Shown: positions 1 through 9,807 of the stretch, piece after piece
How the letters are laid out: each line of letters begins with the position of its first letter
Numbering within the stretch: the stretch's first letter is position 1
DNA from: Chloroflexota bacterium
Lineage (GTDB): Bacteria; Chloroflexota; UBA11872; VXOZ01
Assembly: GCA_964291655.2 (NCBI GenBank)
Contig: OZ219802.1
Coordinates: 256,001-320,000, forward strand
Length of the DNA: 64,000 bases
Reading direction: 5' to 3'
Position numbers and translations under genes: made by a program
The notes under the pieces: model-generated
What the model was told of the DNA's origin: nothing
The model's input: the letters and a program-made list of their open reading frames with translations, nothing else
The model's database searches: none

Positions 1-987
1 AACCCTGCGGGCGGCTACCCCAGTGAGATTGATGAGGGAGACCGTGGAAGACGAATAGGCGCTCGTGGGCGGTGTACCGGCGAGACCAGACAACAAGATG
101 CCTACCCCGTTGGCATAGAGTGCGCCCTGAATCTTGCGAAAGTCAATTGCTCGTTGCCGGCGCTGTGAGACCTGCTGCACTACTACGGCGTCACCAATGG
201 TCTTAATTGCCTGCACGAGGGTTACTACCAGAAACATCGGCAGCAGTGCCCAAAACCCGGCGGTCGGCGTCAATTCCAGCCCCGGAAAACCGCCTGAAGG
301 GAGCCCAACCCACGCCGCTTCACGCAGCCGATCCAATTCATACATGCCGAAGAATGCCGCCGCCACACAGCCTGCGCCAATACCGAGAAGCGGTGACCAC
401 AGCCGCCAGGATACAGGCGCGCGCAATGCCAGAATGGTCGTTACTACCAGCGTAACCAGCGCCACGCCCGGACCGGCAATTGCGGGCGTGCCTGCAGGAA
501 CTTCATTCAGGCGGTCGAAGGCCACCGGCAGAATCATCGTTGCGATCAGCATGAGCACGGTACCGGAAACGGCCGGTGTAATGATGCGGCGCAAGCGCGG
601 CAGCCACGCCGCAATTGCCAGATAGAACAGCGCCGACAGGATTATCAGACTCGCGAGTGTGGCGGGCCCGCCCTCCGCAAGTGCCAAGACCGAGACCGCA
701 ACATAGTTCGGTGTGGTGCCGGTAATGAGAAGGTGGCGCGTGCCGAGCCAGCCAATGCCGGCCGCCTGCAGCGCCGTGATCGCCCCGCCGACGATGAGCG
801 ACGCAAACACGGCCCACGTGAGATAGCGCTCGTCCTGACCGGAGGCTACGGCCGTGATGGCCACAATAAGCACGGCAGGCGCCACGACAATCAAGACGCC
901 CTGCGCTCCCACGACTACCGCCGTAAACAACGAACAAGGCTCGTCCGGTTCGTAACGGATGTTCTCGCCTAAGCGGGCTGACGCCAA
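1..987 (-). CDS. NCS2-family xanthine/uracil permease (3' end runs off window)
   Basis: Read by hand on the minus strand: TTG at 987 after AGGAGG, then ..ENIRYEPDEP..; many TM helices; 'LRRIITPAVSGTVLMLI', 'GALYANGVGILLSGLAGTPPTSAYSSS..TGVAARRV' are typical NCS2 motifs. Missing from the ORF track because it has no stop in the window. Confidence 0.85.
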   Translation of the reverse strand, partial: MASARLGENIRYEPDEPCSLFTAVVVGAQGVLIVVAPAVLIVAITAVASGQDERYLTWAVFASLIVGGAITALQAAGIGWLGTRHLLITGTTPNYVAVSVLALAEGGPATLASLIILSALFYLAIAAWLPRLRRIITPAVSGTVLMLIATMILPVAFDRLNEVPAGTPAIAGPGVALVTLVVTTILALRAPVSWRLWSPLLGIGAGCVAAAFFGMYELDRLREAAWVGLPSGGFPGLELTPTAGFWALLPMFLVVTLVQAIKTIGDAVVVQQVSQRRQRAIDFRKIQGALYANGVGILLSGLAGTPPTSAYSSSTVSLINLTGVAARRV

Positions 988-1069
988 GCAGGGCCTCCTA
1001 ACTACGCGCGACCTAGCCTATACCAACGCACTCACTGCAAGGGCACGTGGGCAATCTGCCAGACGCGCC

Positions 1070-1858
1070 TTAGACGCCTCCTGGAACGTCCTGACCGCAG
1101 ATGCGCAGGTAGTCCGGCTTAGGCGCGTCACCTGTGTACTGGAACTCCGCGGCCATGTAGCTCATCGTAATCGCCCGCCGCGACTGCGTCGTGAGATTTG
1201 GCGCCGTCCCGTGGAGCAGGAGGCTATGGAAGAAGAGCCCATCGCCCGCTTCCATTGGGACCGTGATCACGTCAGCCGGATCATAGTTAGATTCGTTGAT
1301 GATATAGTCGTCCGGCACCCGCTCATGGGGTACGGGGCCGCGTTTGTGGCTGCCGGGAATGGCGGTAATGCAGCCGTTCTCCGGGGTAGCAGGTTCAAAG
1401 GGCATCCAGCATGAGCTCAATTCCATCGGTTCAATCGGCCAGTAGGGAGAATCTTGATGCATCCCCTTGGCCGAGCCAACCTGCGCCGGTTTCATCAGCA
1501 CTGAGTCACGAAAGAGCTTCAGATTCTCGCTGCCGATGAGAGCCTGCATGCGCTTCACGACCTCCGGCATTGTGCCTAGCCCGCGAAAGCGGTCGTCGTG
1601 AACGACGAGCCGATCGATCTTGCGAAATGCATCGCCGCGTCGCTCCGGCCACGGCACCTCGCCGCGTTCCACACGGGGCTCAACCTGGATCTTGACCCCT
1701 TCCGGTATGGGCAGGCGATCATACATGTACTCTTCGAGCCGCTCTTTCAGTTCCGCTATGCCCTCAGCCGATACCAAACCCTTGATGAGGAGATAGCCGT
1801 TGTCCGCGTAGAATGCTTGCTCCTCTTCAGTCACCACCGTCTTCACCTCTGCCATCAT
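1070..1858 (-). CDS. Phytanoyl-CoA dioxygenase (PhyH) family Fe(II)/2OG dioxygenase
   Basis: 'EQAFYADNGYL', HQD motif (MHQDSPYW), 'NGCITAIPGSH', distal 'LLHGTAPN..RRA'; GGAGG RBS. Confidence 0.9.
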   Translation of the reverse strand: MMAEVKTVVTEEEQAFYADNGYLLIKGLVSAEGIAELKERLEEYMYDRLPIPEGVKIQVEPRVERGEVPWPERRGDAFRKIDRLVVHDDRFRGLGTMPEVVKRMQALIGSENLKLFRDSVLMKPAQVGSAKGMHQDSPYWPIEPMELSSCWMPFEPATPENGCITAIPGSHKRGPVPHERVPDDYIINESNYDPADVITVPMEAGDGLFFHSLLLHGTAPNLTTQSRRAITMSYMAAEFQYTGDAPKPDYLRICGQDVPGGV

Positions 1859-2099
1859 TGCACCTCCATGGGTCTGTTGTTAAACAATAGAATTGAATCC
1901 CAGTCCATGTTGCCGCTTGCGTCAAGACCGTAATAGCGGGTTCACAAAATCACCATGCCGGCGTCGCGCCTTGTGCCCCCAAGCGTGCACGGCCGACCCT
2001 TGCACGTTTTATGCATTATCGCCGATAGGCATAGTTTAGGAAAGAAACAAGAACGGAAGTTTGGACGAAAGCACTACCCGGTCGTTTTGACGCAGACGA

Positions 2100-3068
2100 C
2101 TAGAAGAGTGCCGGCTGGCGGGCTTCAAGAGGCCAAGCGTCAAAGCCTCTATCGCGCAAGTGAGCGGAGAATTGTTGCGGGCCGAACATCGTGAAAACCC
2201 GTTTCGGCTTGGCCCGTTCAACATACGCATTAAGTTGATTCCAGTCGCAGTGGTCGCTTAGCGGCAGCGCCTCATCAACACGCATGCGATACTTGCATGA
2301 GGGATCGACGGCCCAGCCGCTAAGAAGCACAGTGCGATAGGGAGTGAGCGCGAACGTCTCGGAGCGCCGACGCACATGAGGCGGCATCAAGACGACCGTA
2401 CCTTCCTCACGCCTGCCGCGCCAGCGGACCAGTTTGCCCGGAAACCTGGCGCCCATCTGTAAGTAGACCGCCGACATCGCATACGTTGATTCGTCCACCT
2501 GAACGTCAAAACCCGCGTCCAGCAGGATATGCAAAGCCTCTTGCCCCTTGCCCAGGCTATAGGCAAGCACGATGGGCACTGCTCCCTCATCGAGTGTATC
2601 GATGACCCACTCGCACAGTTGGCTGACGACGCTCGCACGAGTCGGAAAGACGTAGTCCGGGTGTCCGAAAGTCGCATCAATGATGAGCGTATCGCACGGT
2701 AAGGGCTGAGCCGGTTGCCCAAAGAGATCCTGCCCGAGGTGCAGATCGCCCGTATACACAATTCGTTCTCCGGTTGCATGCACGTCGATGGCGACCTGGG
2801 CGGCGCCCAGACAGTGACCGGCCGGAAAGAGCGTTAGCGTGTAATCGTCGCGCTCCAGCGGCTCACCGAACCGCAGCGGCTGCGCTTGCTTGATCTTCAT
2901 GCGTTGGGCAGCCAAAGCGATAGTTTCCGCAGTCGCAAGCACGTGATGATGCGAGGCAAGGTGGTCGCTGTGCGCGTGAGAGATGTATCCTTCGGCTTTC
3001 ACTCTCCGCGAATCAAGCCAGAGTTCCAGCGTGGGAAGAAAAATGCCCGGTTCAATTGGAGATTGCAT
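2100..3068 (-). CDS. MBL-fold/beta-CASP nuclease (ligase-associated exonuclease-like)
   Basis: SHAHSDH, PAGHCLG, YTGD, DATFG, AYSLGKGQE, LSDHCD motifs. Confidence 0.85.
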   Translation of the reverse strand: MQSPIEPGIFLPTLELWLDSRRVKAEGYISHAHSDHLASHHHVLATAETIALAAQRMKIKQAQPLRFGEPLERDDYTLTLFPAGHCLGAAQVAIDVHATGERIVYTGDLHLGQDLFGQPAQPLPCDTLIIDATFGHPDYVFPTRASVVSQLCEWVIDTLDEGAVPIVLAYSLGKGQEALHILLDAGFDVQVDESTYAMSAVYLQMGARFPGKLVRWRGRREEGTVVLMPPHVRRRSETFALTPYRTVLLSGWAVDPSCKYRMRVDEALPLSDHCDWNQLNAYVERAKPKRVFTMFGPQQFSAHLRDRGFDAWPLEARQPALF

Positions 3069-3279
3069 GCGGTACTCATCCAGAACAGTACAGAGAGTCT
3101 CAAGAGCTTACTGATGGGTCGACCGTATTGGCAAATCGGGGTGCGTGAGTCCGTTCATCGCGTACCCAGTCAAGTTTGAGGACTTCTCCTGTACACACGA
3201 AAAAATCCGTTGGCGGCGCAATGGCGAGCCCAATTTCCTGATTGCAATTCCCTCTACAAAGTAGCAGTCTGCCGGCAAC

Positions 3280-4677
3280 CTAAGCGCCTGGCAATATCGA
3301 GCCCACGAGTTCAAGCGCTCGGCCAACAAAGAGGCCCTGGGTGCCTGTGCGGTAATGGGCCGGAGCGAGTTCGTCATCCTGGTAGGAGCCGACTTCATAG
3401 CCGCCGCGTGGAATCTCCCGGTCCGACGCAACGTAGCCGATCATGTCATTTGCCATGCTCACGTGGACTACATCAAGGCCGAATTCTTCCTTCACCCGCT
3501 TTCGCGTTTCCATGCCGTACTCCAGGAAGAATTCCCCAGGAAAGCCGACAAACACCAGGTGACCAACGCGAATAACCTGGAGTTCGGTCACCAAGCCGTC
3601 GGCCAGCGTGCCGGCTTCAAGCTGCCGGAGAATGCGCTGCGCCCACCGCGCTTTGCAAAACGGGAGGCGTCTCCCACTGTCAGGAAACGCACCTGTTTCA
3701 AGTGCTTCCCGCAGATAGTCGGCGGTAGGCGGCTCGGCGAATGGAGCGACGATGGACGTGCTGGCTGCGGCCACGCCGTCCAGAGGACGTGGGCTCGTAC
3801 TCTCCCGCACTTTCACCACCTCCGCGCCCATGATGCGCCCTTCACGTTCAAGCTCGGCAAAGACTGCCGAGCGGAAGCCGCCCGATTCGTTGGTGTAGTT
3901 CGGGCGAATATCGCCGTGGCAGCCCAGCAAGAAGCCCACCACGCAGTCATCGCCATACACATCCTCTACAAACGACCGCGCTGGGCCGGGATAGTCGGCA
4001 CTGATGGCAAAGTTGTCGCTCATACTCGTTGGATGGCAAGCATAATTGAAGATGATGCCTGCCGGTTCGCCGGCATCGTTATCAAAGCGCAGCACCGGCA
4101 GCGAATGGTCCACGAGGCCGTCGGGGCGGGGACAATTGACCACTTCACCGTTGCGCTCGCCGCGTCGGTTGATGGCGAGACCGTACTGCCCAGTGCCAAT
4201 GCCACCGTGCACGTTCTGAAACCCTTGCATCGCCATGGCTACGGCGCCCGCGAGCTTGTTTTCCAGCTCATCGAGGTAGTCATGGTCGAGAATTGGCAGC
4301 GCGTACGTGAGTTCTTCATCAGGAATGCCACCCGGGTGCGGTACGCTTGCGCCCGGCAGCCCGGCGCCCCAGTCTTTCGTGTTGGGGCCGCTGTGGGCAT
4401 GGGTCATGCCTAACATGACGTGCGAGCCCGGTATGCCTGTTAACGCGGTGATCTTCTTGCGGACTGCATGCGTGCGCTGCAAAGAAATGTCAACGAGATC
4501 GGCGCCGACTACGGCAACAGTGGTGTCTCCATCGTCAAATACATAGGCAGCGGCGTAGAGTTCGTCGTGAATGTCATCAGAAGGCTGCTGGCGATTGCCA
4601 TAGCCGCCGAGATGCGTACCCACCGGCGGAGTTATGTTTACTTTCGCCGCACCCATGCGGACGCTACCAGACATCAT
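3280..4677 (-). CDS. Neutral/alkaline ceramidase-like amidohydrolase
   Basis: 'GAAKVNITPP', 'THAHSGP', 'NRR', 'NYACHPT', 'ISADYPG', 'PGEFF', 'GGYE'. Confidence 0.8.
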   Translation of the reverse strand: MMSGSVRMGAAKVNITPPVGTHLGGYGNRQQPSDDIHDELYAAAYVFDDGDTTVAVVGADLVDISLQRTHAVRKKITALTGIPGSHVMLGMTHAHSGPNTKDWGAGLPGASVPHPGGIPDEELTYALPILDHDYLDELENKLAGAVAMAMQGFQNVHGGIGTGQYGLAINRRGERNGEVVNCPRPDGLVDHSLPVLRFDNDAGEPAGIIFNYACHPTSMSDNFAISADYPGPARSFVEDVYGDDCVVGFLLGCHGDIRPNYTNESGGFRSAVFAELEREGRIMGAEVVKVRESTSPRPLDGVAAASTSIVAPFAEPPTADYLREALETGAFPDSGRRLPFCKARWAQRILRQLEAGTLADGLVTELQVIRVGHLVFVGFPGEFFLEYGMETRKRVKEEFGLDVVHVSMANDMIGYVASDREIPRGGYEVGSYQDDELAPAHYRTGTQGLFVGRALELVGSILPGA

Positions 4678-4733
4678 CTGCCTTTCTTGCTTCTCAGGTG
4701 CCGAATATCGGTGGAATCAGTGAATTGCGAAAT

Positions 4734-6128
4734 CTAGTCTGCCGGTTGAGAAACCTGCTCTGCGAGAGCCAAGGCGCGACTCACCACGAACTGCTCGGTC
4801 TCCGGCCGGAATGGCGCCGGATACCAGAACCAGCGGTAGAAGTCAGCCGGTTCGGAGCCGCCTTCAGGATAGGACTTGGCAGTACAGACGTAGCCTACTT
4901 CCGAGTTGCTGTAGCCGAGAGTGAGCGCCATCTGTGCCCGGTGGCTGTCCTGCAGCGCCCGCTCGATTGCCAGCCCGATTTCCACAAACACCTCACCGCC
5001 CATGGCGACGATGCAAACACCGCCGAGCCTCACAACTTGGACTTCCATATCTACTGTTGTGGGTAGTTGCTCGCCGTTCTCCAGCTTCTCGATGAGGTAG
5101 TCTGCCCACGTGAGCCAGCGATTGCGGCCGGATTCCGTTCGATACAACTTGAGCTCTTCTATTGTGGGGGGATCTTGGAAGGGGAGCGGGAGTTGCTCTC
5201 TGGCGACGGTGATCGGATAGCCCACGGCCATATGGCTCTCGCGCGCCGCGCGCACCGCCACAGCGCCGGCGCCGCGGCCAAGCGCCTGAATCTCCGCCGC
5301 CGTGCAGGGATGAAAGCGATCGCCTGCCGGTGTCAGCACTCTTGGACGGATGTTGCCGCCACAGCCGGTCAGAAAGACCGCAATCGGCGCGCCTTCCGCA
5401 GCAAATGAGCGCTCAATCTCGTCTTTGGCCGGAGAAATGTAATCACCCCCAATTAGGGGATTACCGCGATAGTCAATGCCCGTCCCGTGACAAGCCGCCG
5501 AAAAGACGATGGCGAGCACCGAGCCGTCCAGGCGATCGACGCGTATGACTCGCGCGCGGTTATCCACCGTATCCTCATAGTTGGGCAGCATGCTCGAGGT
5601 GCCATCAACTACTTTCCTGCGATTGATGGCAAACAAGCCCTCCGCCTCACCAATGGCAAGCGAAGCTGGCTCAAGAGCTGCATTGGCACGCACCACGGTA
5701 TCGGTGATGCGCTGGATGACCCACTCACGGTATTCCAAGTCCACGGGGTCCGGCGAAAGCACAGAGATGCTGGGGCCGGAATGCGTGTGGGAAGCATTCA
5801 GCAGGACGTTATCACCGGGGATGTCGGTCTGTTTGGCAATGCGCGCCCGTATCGCGGAGGCCAGCGAGGCTTCCATGTAAATGAGGTCATTACCGACCAG
5901 CGCGACTTTTGTCGATCCATCATCCAAAACAACGGCGGTGCTATAGAGGTCGTCAAGCACACCCGTTGATGTCACCGTCATGCCGCTTTGGAGCAAGCCT
6001 CCAATTGCCGGTGTGATCTGCGTTTTGGCCGCTCCCGCCCACAGCGGGGCACGTTCTGGCAGCACCTCGTCTTCCCGCATCAGCCAATTCTTCATTTGCT
6101 GCTCCCTCTCGTTACTATTCGCTATCAT
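4734..6128 (-). CDS. Neutral/alkaline ceramidase-like amidohydrolase (paralog)
   Basis: 'GAAKTQITP', 'SHTHSGP', 'NRR', 'ACHGT', 'GGEVF'. Confidence 0.8.
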   Translation of the reverse strand: MIANSNEREQQMKNWLMREDEVLPERAPLWAGAAKTQITPAIGGLLQSGMTVTSTGVLDDLYSTAVVLDDGSTKVALVGNDLIYMEASLASAIRARIAKQTDIPGDNVLLNASHTHSGPSISVLSPDPVDLEYREWVIQRITDTVVRANAALEPASLAIGEAEGLFAINRRKVVDGTSSMLPNYEDTVDNRARVIRVDRLDGSVLAIVFSAACHGTGIDYRGNPLIGGDYISPAKDEIERSFAAEGAPIAVFLTGCGGNIRPRVLTPAGDRFHPCTAAEIQALGRGAGAVAVRAARESHMAVGYPITVAREQLPLPFQDPPTIEELKLYRTESGRNRWLTWADYLIEKLENGEQLPTTVDMEVQVVRLGGVCIVAMGGEVFVEIGLAIERALQDSHRAQMALTLGYSNSEVGYVCTAKSYPEGGSEPADFYRWFWYPAPFRPETEQFVVSRALALAEQVSQPAD

Positions 6129-6177
6129 GATGCAGTGAGTTCATTCATGCAAGTCATGCCAGGAGAAGGGTGCAAAA

Positions 6178-6963
6178 ATGCGTACGTCCGAAGTACTCCG
6201 GGAAATTGTAGACTCCTGCGGCCCTCAGGGCGGCGATGAAGGGATTCTTTTTGGCGACCGAGAGCAGGAAGTTGGCGGTATCCAAGTGTGCTGGATGGCG
6301 AGCCTCGATGCCATTGAACATGCGAAAGAAGCTGGCGCCAACCTCATCATTGCCCATGAGGACCTGTACTTTCCGTCGTGGCGACCTCCGCACAGCACAA
6401 CATCGGTGGAGTATCTAAGCTGGCGTGTAAACCAGCGGCGCATCGGATTGCTTGCGGAGAGCGGTTTTGCGGTCATTCGCGCCCACGGGATGCTGGATCG
6501 TCACTGCATCTTTACTGCCTTCGCCGAGAAGCTTAGCCTCGGCAAGCCGGCGGTAGACGAAGGACCTTACCTTAAGGCCTACGACCTGCCTCCGGGCACG
6601 ACCTATGGGGCGCTCGTAGAGCACGTAAAATCCGCACTCGGCATGGAGGCGGTGCGAGCGACACCATACGATCCGACGGCGACGGTGCGGCGGGCGGGGT
6701 TGCCCTGGGGTGGCCTGGGCCTCTTCGTCAATGTCGGCTACATGCAGTCAATTCTCAAGTACGACTGTGACGTGTTCATTGCAGGGGAGAGCGACAACTA
6801 CGGCATGCACTTTGCGTTAGACTCCGGAGTGCCGATGATCGAGACTAGCCACGAAGTGAGTGAGAACCCCGGACTTGCCATCTTTGCCCAAGAGCTCCAG
6901 GCAAGGCTGCCCAATGTACCGGTACATTACTACGAAAACCCCATGCCGTGGCGTTGGTGGTAG
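6178..6963 (+). CDS. Nif3-like dinuclear metal center protein
   Basis: 'DEGILFGD', 'ANLIIAHE', 'AHGMLD', 'SHEVSE'. Confidence 0.8.
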   Translation: MRTSEVLREIVDSCGPQGGDEGILFGDREQEVGGIQVCWMASLDAIEHAKEAGANLIIAHEDLYFPSWRPPHSTTSVEYLSWRVNQRRIGLLAESGFAVIRAHGMLDRHCIFTAFAEKLSLGKPAVDEGPYLKAYDLPPGTTYGALVEHVKSALGMEAVRATPYDPTATVRRAGLPWGGLGLFVNVGYMQSILKYDCDVFIAGESDNYGMHFALDSGVPMIETSHEVSENPGLAIFAQELQARLPNVPVHYYENPMPWRWW

Positions 6964-7131
6964 CGTGGAACTCTGGCCCGCCCGCCGCTCGCGTACGTTA
7001 CACCGGTGCGCGCGGGGCTAAGGGTGACGTCTACGCAGTCGCGGCGTGTAGCATACAATGACTCTGTCGTCTCGCCCAGGGGCTGAAGGTTCCGCATTCG
7101 AGGAGTCGCCCCGGGCACTCGCCGCCTCTAC

Positions 7132-7623
7132 CTAATCCAACCCTTGGTCGGCCTCTCCCTCTTCCCACTTCCGCGAGAAGTTCGACACTATTCTATGGGA
7201 AACCGCGATGAATACGGCCCGTTCTTCCGGTGTAATGCCGTCCGCCAGCATGGCATTGTGCTCCTGAACCCGTTCAATGAGTGTTGGAACCAGACGGAGC
7301 CCTTCTTCTGTCAATCCAAGACTCACCACCCGCCGGTCCCCCCGCAGACGCCTCCTCGTTAGCATTCCCTGTTCGAAGAGCTTGTTCACGGTACGGCTGA
7401 CGCTGCCGGCATCAACCGGCACCACTTTCGCTAATTGGGAAACCGTAGTTGTCCCGGAACGGAAGCAAACGCCGAGAATGATGAACTCTATCGGAGAAAC
7501 GCCAAAGGGCATGAGTTGCATCGCAATGCCCTTTGTTACCGCATTTGCCAGGCCGGAGACATAGACCCCGAGATAGTCGGGCGTCGGTCCCCAAATCTCT
7601 TCCTTTTGTGATGCTTGGCTCAA
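7132..7623 (-). CDS. MarR-family transcriptional regulator
   Basis: wHTH 'VSQLAKVVPVDAGSVSRTVNKL', 'DRRVVSLGLTEEG'. Confidence 0.9.
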   Translation of the reverse strand: MSQASQKEEIWGPTPDYLGVYVSGLANAVTKGIAMQLMPFGVSPIEFIILGVCFRSGTTTVSQLAKVVPVDAGSVSRTVNKLFEQGMLTRRRLRGDRRVVSLGLTEEGLRLVPTLIERVQEHNAMLADGITPEERAVFIAVSHRIVSNFSRKWEEGEADQGLD

Positions 7624-7677
7624 AGCGCTTGTACTTTCTACGAATAATTAATGGCAGGAAAACTATCTGCAGCCATT

Positions 7678-7710
7678 GTATCATACGAAACCCATTCCTT
7701 TCATACAAAG
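7678..7710. promoter_or_regulatory. Candidate MarR operator(s)
   Basis: Imperfect palindrome GTATCATACGAAAC (7678-7691) and CTTTCATACAAAG (7698-7710), both containing TCATAC, ~55-90 bp upstream of the marR start in an AT-rich stretch. Confidence 0.4.
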
Positions 7711-8149
7711 CTATACATACCCTATGTGAAAGCAATGTGTGAGCAACCCCACAGGAAAGCAACTGCAGCACGTTGTGTGACTTGGGATTTTGACCCCGTA
7801 CAGTTCCGTAAGGCCTCTCCCGACTCAATAGACTCTGGCATGACCATCGGGTACGATTGCAGCGCAGCCATGGAAGAGAACCGGGTGTGTAAGGTTAGAC
7901 CTGCCTGCCTCTCACTATGCTACATCTCTACTCTGTGCGCTTGCCACTCAACGCTGGCTGCCAAAGCACGCAATCCAATTTCGAGGAAAAGGGGCCTAGG
8001 CGCGCTACTCCGTGATGGTCCGCCACGGCAGCATCCAGTCAGTCCCGCGCTTCGGTGGTCCAGCCGCCGGAACGTGGAACAGGAGGGTTCGCTCCCCAGT
8101 TTTTGGGCGTGGAATCCTCAGTGCTCAGACTAAGCGGGGGAGCGGAGCC

Positions 8150-8917
8150 ATGAGAACGACGAATGCGGCGGCCATGGGCAAGGCCGTGAACAATGCCCAC
8201 CCGCAAAGCCCGGCATTTTGCAAACGGCCCGCGCTTGTGCTATTGGACGCATACGGCACGCTATTCGCGCCGGTTTCCTTTGGCTCACCGGTAGTCCGCC
8301 TTTGCCAGTTGCTGGCGGCAGATGGCGTGCACATTGACCCAAAGAGTGCAGAGAGAGCACTTTTTGCGGAAATCAGACTATACCGCGAGCGGTTTCCCTA
8401 TATTCGCGACCAGCAGGAACTAGGACAACTAGAGCTTGCAGCTAGCGATGTCATGTTGGCGGAGCTGGCAATCAAACAGTTTCCGCGCGAACGAATGCGC
8501 CAGCACCTGCTTGATCTCTTTCGCCTTGAGGTCTTTTCCGACGTGAATCCGGCGCTTGGTCACCTGCAACAACGCAGACTAGCGCTCGGCGTGGTAAGCA
8601 ATTTCAATGCAATGCTCGGTGACTACCTGGCACAACTCGACCTAAGAGAGTGGTTCAGCGTGGTTGTGTGCTCAGCCGACGTGGGCGTCACTAAGCCGGA
8701 TCCAATTATCTTCCATGCGGCAATCAAGCAGCTTGGGATGCAACCCGAGCAGGCGATCTACGTCGGAGACGACTTGCACAACGATTACCACGGCGCACGC
8801 CAGGCGGGCCTCCACGCGGTGTGGCTCAACCGCGATGGGGCGCCTACACAGGACGGAGTGCTTTCTATTACGACTCTTGCGGAACTTCCCGGTCTATTGA
8901 ACCAGGTGAGCTCGTGA
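8150..8917 (+). CDS. HAD-IA family hydrolase
   Basis: DAYGTL motif I, VVSN, KPDP, YVGDDLHND; ATG 8150 after GGAG. Confidence 0.85.
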   Translation: MRTTNAAAMGKAVNNAHPQSPAFCKRPALVLLDAYGTLFAPVSFGSPVVRLCQLLAADGVHIDPKSAERALFAEIRLYRERFPYIRDQQELGQLELAASDVMLAELAIKQFPRERMRQHLLDLFRLEVFSDVNPALGHLQQRRLALGVVSNFNAMLGDYLAQLDLREWFSVVVCSADVGVTKPDPIIFHAAIKQLGMQPEQAIYVGDDLHNDYHGARQAGLHAVWLNRDGAPTQDGVLSITTLAELPGLLNQVSS

Positions 8918-8971
8918 CCACAACGCAAACGATGGCCGCGTCATACTGGGTCCACATTCAAGCGCATGCCG

Positions 8972-9796
8972 TCATCCGCAACTTCCCCCCAAGTCTTCAT
9001 CGCGCATGAGCCCACTGGGAAGTTCTCCGCCCGCATTGACGCCCAACCCTCTGCGAGCGGTTTCAATGCGGAGCAAGCTATCCGGCAAAACATTGCCAAT
9101 GTTTACGTTGGGGCCGAAAGTCTGCATGAGCCAGCGCGCGAGGGTATCCGGCTCTGAGTAGGTGGTGCCTTCAATCCACGGGCCCGTAAGCTCGAACATA
9201 AGGTTCTCGAGTGGCGCCGCCTTAGTGAGCTGTGCGGCCAGGGTCTTATCTCGCCCATGGCCGAATATTTCCGCCGCCTCCACAAGCACCTTGCTGCTGC
9301 CGGCCTCCAGGCACGCTTGGATGTCCTCTTCGAGACTTACCGTGACGGCCAATCCCTCTTTCTTACCCACTTCGCCATAGACCTCGAGGCCGTACGTCGC
9401 TCGCGCCTTGGCGATTAGCGCCTTCTTTTCGTCCAGGGAAATTGAGAGTAAGTTGTCAGAGACCTCTACAGCATGAAATCCGATCGCTCGTGTTTCTCCA
9501 AAATACTCGTTCACCTTCCCACAGAGCACAGCGTACTCGAGGAATTGCCCGCCAGGATAGGGCGCCACGTCAAACTGCTGGTAGAGGCTGATTTTTTGCA
9601 TTACCAACTCACGCGGCAACAATCGCGCCACCCCCACGGCAAGTTTGGCGGAATCGATATATGCGCTCGCGAGCCGAAGAATGTCCTCTTGCTGGCTAAG
9701 CCCGATGCCAAAGTCAATCATCATTGTTTGACCGGACGTCCGCGGCTTAGCGGGACGCTTCAGCATGGGGATAGCGGAAAAAGCGTATTCAGACAT
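8972..9796 (-). CDS. comA: Phosphosulfolactate synthase (ComA family)
   Basis: 'RPAKPRTSGQTMMIDFG', 'YIDSAKL', 'PGGQFLEYA', 'EVSD', 'EVGKK', 'GPNVNIGNV', 'ETARRGL'; start placed at MSEYAF. Confidence 0.85.
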   Translation of the reverse strand: MSEYAFSAIPMLKRPAKPRTSGQTMMIDFGIGLSQQEDILRLASAYIDSAKLAVGVARLLPRELVMQKISLYQQFDVAPYPGGQFLEYAVLCGKVNEYFGETRAIGFHAVEVSDNLLSISLDEKKALIAKARATYGLEVYGEVGKKEGLAVTVSLEEDIQACLEAGSSKVLVEAAEIFGHGRDKTLAAQLTKAAPLENLMFELTGPWIEGTTYSEPDTLARWLMQTFGPNVNIGNVLPDSLLRIETARRGLGVNAGGELPSGLMRDEDLGGSCG

Positions 9797-9807
9797 TGCA
9801 GTATTGC

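Noticed and set aside
3355-4413. Long antisense ORFs (also 28792..29682, 44626..45366, 32346..33107)
   Set aside because: Shadows of GC-rich genes on the opposite strand with no recognisable motifs.
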